DNA of 64,000 nt from Marsupella aquatica (lineage: Eukaryota > Plantae > Marchantiophyta). The stretch spans positions 2,806,457-2,870,456 of the forward strand of contig OZ316894.1 of assembly GCA_973895155.1 (NCBI GenBank). The letters run 5' to 3'. The translations under genes were made by a program, and so were the position numbers. The notes beneath the pieces were generated by a model. It did no database searches. It was not told where the DNA came from and was given only the letters and a program-made list of their open reading frames with translations. Shown piece by piece: positions 58,648-64,000 of this stretch; position 1 is the first letter of the stretch; each line of letters begins with the position of its first letter.

Positions 58648-61005
58648 AGTCAGATACACGGAGCCCAGTTTGCACGTCTGGTAATATGGATGCAGTGCTT
58701 GGTCCAGCATCGAATATTGTCACTCCTGCCTGAAGGCTGGGAGCTCGCATGTGTAATTCAGTGCTTTTGTTCAAATAAGAAGCACCTTATGATCTGCGTT
58801 CCGACCAACATTTCAGGAGTCGATGCCCCATAATTTCGTCAGTACCTCATCTACCACTTCTGATCACCTGCGACCACCTGTGCCTGCCATAGCCCTGCCT
58901 CAACCGCCCCGATCGTCCTCATCCCACGCTGTGACTAGATCTGGATGAAATTCACCCGGCCCGGCAATCTCAGTAGTGACAGCAGAGGGTGACGCAGTAA
59001 CAGAAACTTATTCAGATGACTTTACCAATGAGCTTCAGACAACGAAATCCGCACGGTCCAGAGATTTATGTCGATATCTAAGCTCACACATTCATACGAA
59101 TCTGTCTTTGCTGACGGTGGCATCGTATTATTAGTGAGCAAAGTACAATCGCGAGAAATGACGTTATTGAGAGGAACTTCAGACGATTGGGTCACACAAA
59201 TTGACGGCGACTTCATGGGATTTGGGTTCACGAAATTGAAAGCAAATTTAAAGAAAGTCGTCAAAGTTGCATTAGAAATGTGAGTTGCTACAAAGAAATC
59301 ACTCTGTTCTGCATCTTACTTACACATTCGTTAGGACGAATGTGATTGGTTTAGTTCTACGACTGATAACCAACATTCTTCTCGAGCAGCTCCACTGATG
59401 AAATTTATAACAGACCAGGATCGAGTCGAGTGGAGATTCATCGAGGCATTGACAGAATTCAGGCCAGTTCAGTAGCAGATTGTCTTGTAAAACCTGTGGC
59501 TCGGATATAACCTAGTCAATTGGATCGCACCTGACAACAAAATCAGGAGTGGCTTGAGACAATGTAACTGTGCTGTACAGCACTTCGTTAGAGATGACTA
59601 AACGTCATGAAGATTTTCTAACTCATCAGAAAATATCAGAGGAGACCCTCGAAGACGTTGCACTGCGCATTTTTAGAAACTTGGTGCAATTTTGGTGAAG
59701 CCTGTCCAAAATTTGTGTAGTCCTAACTATGCTAAAGCAGTGTGGTTGATGCCAATAACGACTTCATAAGTCAGAGAAATTCAGAGGGGATATCTATAGG
59801 CCGCCTAGTGGCTTAAATGCCACTTCTAGAATATATACTAAAGATCCGTTTTCCCAGACTTGGAGCAGGAGTAAGGCCTCCGATGCAATTATGGTTGAGC
59901 TGGGAAATTGGACATCTGTAACCTCTAATCCTACTATTATGTATACATGTTGGAAGAGTTCTACCGTCCAAGGTCACTGGCACGACAGAAAGGGAGAGAT
60001 TCTTAAGGATACCGCAACAGTAGTGTCGCCTGGAAGTTGTACCCAGACTCTAACAAAGACTAGAAGCTGGATCGATGGGACCTGGTCTGGAGGACTGACT
60101 CCCAGATTTATGACGTTTTCCACCCGTGTTTTCTGTACAAAGAGAAGCAAGCCTAGACAGAGCTTCGACTATCCATTGCTACGAAAGAACGCTCGTAGAG
60201 AAATTCATCTTGGTCACGAGGCCGGGTCGTCATGCGAGAGAAAATGAATAGATGCGACCACCCGGCCTGGGGCTCCTTTGCGTACCTAAGAATATCCTAC
60301 ACGTCTGCGCAAACGAACTCAAAAAGTGCAGACGCCCTCGGAGTTGTTGTACAAAGCCGTCGGCACAACGAACGGTGGTGGTTCAGTGCTAGTAGGTCTC
60401 AAGTCCTCTATTACTCTGCAGGCAAGAAGGACCACATGGAAATGAGATTTCTCCGCCTCACCGATTACGAGAGCATTCAGCCATGAATTAACAAGGACCA
60501 AGAAGAACGAGTAGTCTAACTGAAGTCAAGTGCCCGATCGTTGAGTACACGAGGCGAACAAGATTGGAACGTCGAGGGTGTGAAAACACAAGAAAAATTT
60601 CGTTGGTCCTTCTGCAATGGGAAACACCTTGTCTTCGACTAACTCAAGTCAGTCCTATCTTGTCATTTATGTTCTACGGAGAACTTCAACGACTGCCCAC
60701 ATTACTTGTTGGAGAGGCCTAAGAGGCAACGTTAGAAATTCCTTAGGCTGTTCTTTATTACATTCCTCAGACATCATTACGCAGCACGATAAATTAGTCC
60801 TCGGTCACATTGGCGCTTCTGAAGTTTCCCTCCAGAGATTCGGAGATCTGGAAGGTTTCAAGAAGTTTTCGTTTGGTCTTATTGTCGCATTCTAAATTTC
60901 TCAATCTCCTGGGCGGAGAAAACTCAACTCTGGACGGATTCAGCGATGTTCAAGCGATATCTTGAAGTACTTAAAATGAGGCTCTCAGTCTTCCAAGAGC
61001 ACCAA

Positions 61006-64000
61006 CTAAACATTTGTGACTGACCGTTCTCGGTAAGCAGCAGTGCATCGCTCATGGGACAAGTGCAACCGAGCAAATATGCGATGAAAGCTCTGAGGCT
61101 TTCTTTTTGAGCTGGACTTCAAGAACTTATCGTTCTTCCAAAGATTTTGCATCTCAGCAAACCTACAACCAAAGCCATCCAGATGCAAATTACCTACTTG
61201 TTACTTATTAGGTTTTTCAATTTTTTTCTCTTGGGGCATGGACACACATCTGCCTATTATACTGACCAATATCACATGTGCCATTAATTTAGAGGTCTTC
61301 TGGATGTTTACTGTTCGTTTCAAAGGCTAATCCGCAAATGCCGTACAGACTAATTTTGTTATTGTTTAAGCCAGACATTAGTTCTTCACGACATATTCAA
61401 CATTAATCGCTAGTTGTTCCAGCCTTCTCATTGGTGCGAACTTGAAGATCGATTCACATTCAGATTCCAAGAATAGAAACAGTGAAGTCGAATGGCTGGA
61501 TACACGACAGTTATATAATGAGGGAGCTGTATATAAATTTAGACAGCCTATAAAGTAGAAGTTTTTCGAAGCACTGGCATGACATAGGATCTCACACTCC
61601 CATCTGTCAGATAAAATCCTCCCAAACTCTTCAGAAACAGCAAAGAGGAACATTTGACAACATCCCAACCCGGGTAATTTGAGACCTATTGACCATTCTA
61701 AATGAACTGTACCCAGGACGAAGGTTCCCAGGAGTGAATGGACGGAAATCGGACTCCATCGAATGTGTAAGTGAGAAAGAAGATCACCGCAGCATAGGGA
61801 AAACCTTACAGGAGGGAAATTTTCATCTGGACCGTGAGGAAGGGACATAACAAGAGTAAATGAGACGACTTACATTAAATTTACCTTGCAACACGGTCAA
61901 CTTTCCCGCCTCGTCGTGGTCCTCCGGGTGTGAGCGTGTCTTTCGTAGTCGCACTGCTCCGCGAAACATAAGAGGTAAATGATGGAGTCTTGCCAAATGG
62001 TGATGACAAAATATCTTTTGGTGTCGCACTGCGCGAACTAAATGAACTTTTTGCGTATGGTGACACCGAATTGCTCTTCGAAGCTTGGGATTGGGCAGAC
62101 GGTGCTCGTTGAGGGCCTATAACAAGATTCGAACAGGCACATGTCAGTACTAGCAGTTTCAGTCAGCAAATCTCTGAACTTGGATCATACATCCAGAGAA
62201 GCTACAATTGATCAATTTGAGGGCGTGGGTCTTAATGTAGAAGAGACATAAGACAATCTCGGACCAAAGGTCTGGCTCCATACAATCGACCAATGTTAGT
62301 GTTTGTATAGATTTGGCTGATTTACAAGCACCAGGGAGCAATGAAAGAACTGCGATGAGATCGACGTATCAACCTGACATGTGGACAGTAAGAATGAAAG
62401 AATGATTTTCAAAGTCATTCATTCTGGTCCCTCCTGGCAGCCCGCTTGTTAGGTGTCTGACCTCACTTCCTCTTTGTTCAATTGGAGTGCTTTATTTCGT
62501 TGTGTACCAGATATTTCTTTGTGGTGAGTCATAGATTATTACCCAATGCGACCCTCAGTTCAATATGAGCAGTATAGAGTGAGAATGAATGATTAAATGG
62601 TTTATAAGGTCAAGCCTCGGATGGTAGATGGTAGATGTTAGACCTCCCATCCCCCTGATTCAAGTTGGGAACTTCAGCTCAGTGGCATCAATCTATTTCT
62701 ATCTGCACTAAATAGGGACACAAGGTGATTCTCTCTAGATCCATTAGCACGAGATTAGACATAGGCTTTAAAAGAGGAAGGAGACGGAAAAAATGAAATT
62801 TAGCAAGGCGCATGATACACACCCGAAGATCTTGAGCTCTCCGTGCTTGATCGAAGAGAAGGAGTTCGTCGTTCAGTGAGCCTCGAACTATCAGAGGCGA
62901 AATCCATAGAGGAACCCAACCGCCTGGTCTTGAGAAGCATTTTCGAATTATTATTCAAGTCATTTTTCGGATCAAACAGCGGCGTGGAGGGAACAGCAGA
63001 AGCACTTTTGTTCGAAGGGACCTTCTGTTTCGATAGTAATCCTGATCCTGCCCCTGCCCCTGCCCCTGTCTCTTTCCTTACGGACCGTTTGTGCTGTGGC
63101 GATGCTTCAGTCTCACTCAAAGTTGTCTCACGAAGACTTTTGCCAAATGGACTCTTGCTACCAGTGGTTGTACTTTGCGAGTTGTTCTCGCCACTTCCTC
63201 GCACAGTACTACAGGCACTGCAATGGGAGCCTAGCCTGTGCTCCGACAACACATTCGCAACGCATGAGCGCTCCCGAGTTGAGGGGTGGTTGAGACCTGA
63301 GGCTGGCTGCTCTCGGACCCTGACGGGAGATAAACCGAGAAAGGAAATGTCTAGATCAGTTCCATCCGATGCACTACAAGTCCTCGTGTGTCGAAATGCC
63401 AACCTTGGGCTGCTACTGCTCTTCTCTGCCGACTTAGGAAGGCGATAAATTCTCTCGGATTTCAATTTTCGAGCACTTGATGGCGGAGTGGTTGTGTTCT
63501 CAACGAGATGAGAATCCACCTGACTGCGGCCCTCCAAATTTTCCGAAAGATGCGTATCGTTAGCTTCTTCTACTATCTCGTTTCTCCTCCTGGAAAGTGC
63601 CAGCGACTTAGAATGGCCAAGAACTCTCTCGGATTTCAGTTTCCGAGCGCTGAATGGCGGAGTTGTTTTGTTCTCAAACAGGAGATGAGAATCCACCTGG
63701 CTGCCGCCTTTCACGATGTCCCAAGGATGCTCATCGGTGGCTTCTTCTACTATCTCGTTCCGTCTGGAGATTACCCGAGAACTCCGTGATCGCTTAAGCA
63801 TAACTGAAGAACTGTACTTCAGAGCTTTAGCAGAATGTGATTCTTTTTTCGTTACCATTTGGTCCTCTGCAATGCTCATGTTACTCCGGTCGTTGAGAGG
63901 AGACTGATGACGACCACCGCCACCACCCCTCCGATCTGGAGTTCTCACCACGAGAGGGACGCCCAAATCAACGGGATTCTCACTTTCAACAGGCTGTTGA
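61006..64000 (-). CDS. 3' part of a gene for a Ser/Arg/Pro-rich, probably disordered protein; starts beyond the window
   Basis: Large open exon from the window end to 62823 (donor GTGTGT), then exon 62116-61885 (GPQRAPSAQ...DRVAR) and a probable last exon 61162-61006 (FAEMQNLWK...TNV*); phases are compatible. No recognisable domain. Confidence 0.6.

Noticed and set aside
57700-61000. Transposase or host gene in moderately GC-rich sequence
   Set aside because: All frames are interrupted and no domain motif was recognised; may be long UTR or decayed sequence.
1-64000. tRNA, rRNA or snRNA genes
   Set aside because: None recognised by eye; tRNAscan-SE or Infernal would be needed to exclude them.

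Overview
Eukaryotic plant nuclear DNA. GT-AG introns, gene content and long spliced UTRs suggest a non-seed plant such as a liverwort, but this is inference. Host genes, with exons assembled by hand from splice sites: (1) a 15-exon + strand gene (4537-11734, about 748 aa) encoding a predicted plastid transit peptide, five tandem AP2-like domains and a C-terminal DUF4379-like zinc ribbon, which the ORF track misses because it is spliced; (2) an 8-exon DUF3531 plastid protein gene (- strand); (3) a Bax-inhibitor-1/LFG family gene; (4) an intronless MDIS/LRR-VI-2-like pseudokinase without LRRs; (5) the 3' part of a Ser-rich gene at the right edge. Mobile DNA: a decaying Helitron (about 21-32 kb) with a spliced accessory gene. 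Its Rep-helicase ORF is split by a 4,659-bp TG...CA insertion with a perfect 5-bp TSD and no visible internal LTR pair. This insertion looks like a giant solo LTR yet contains an intact 1,207-codon ORF. There is also a very young intact Ty1/copia element in the probable 5' UTR of the kinase gene, a three-copy MITE-like family, Helitron, LINE and retro-protease fragments, and many local tandem duplications. The two most unusual items are the protein-coding solo-LTR-like element and the 5xAP2 plus zinc-ribbon organellar protein.
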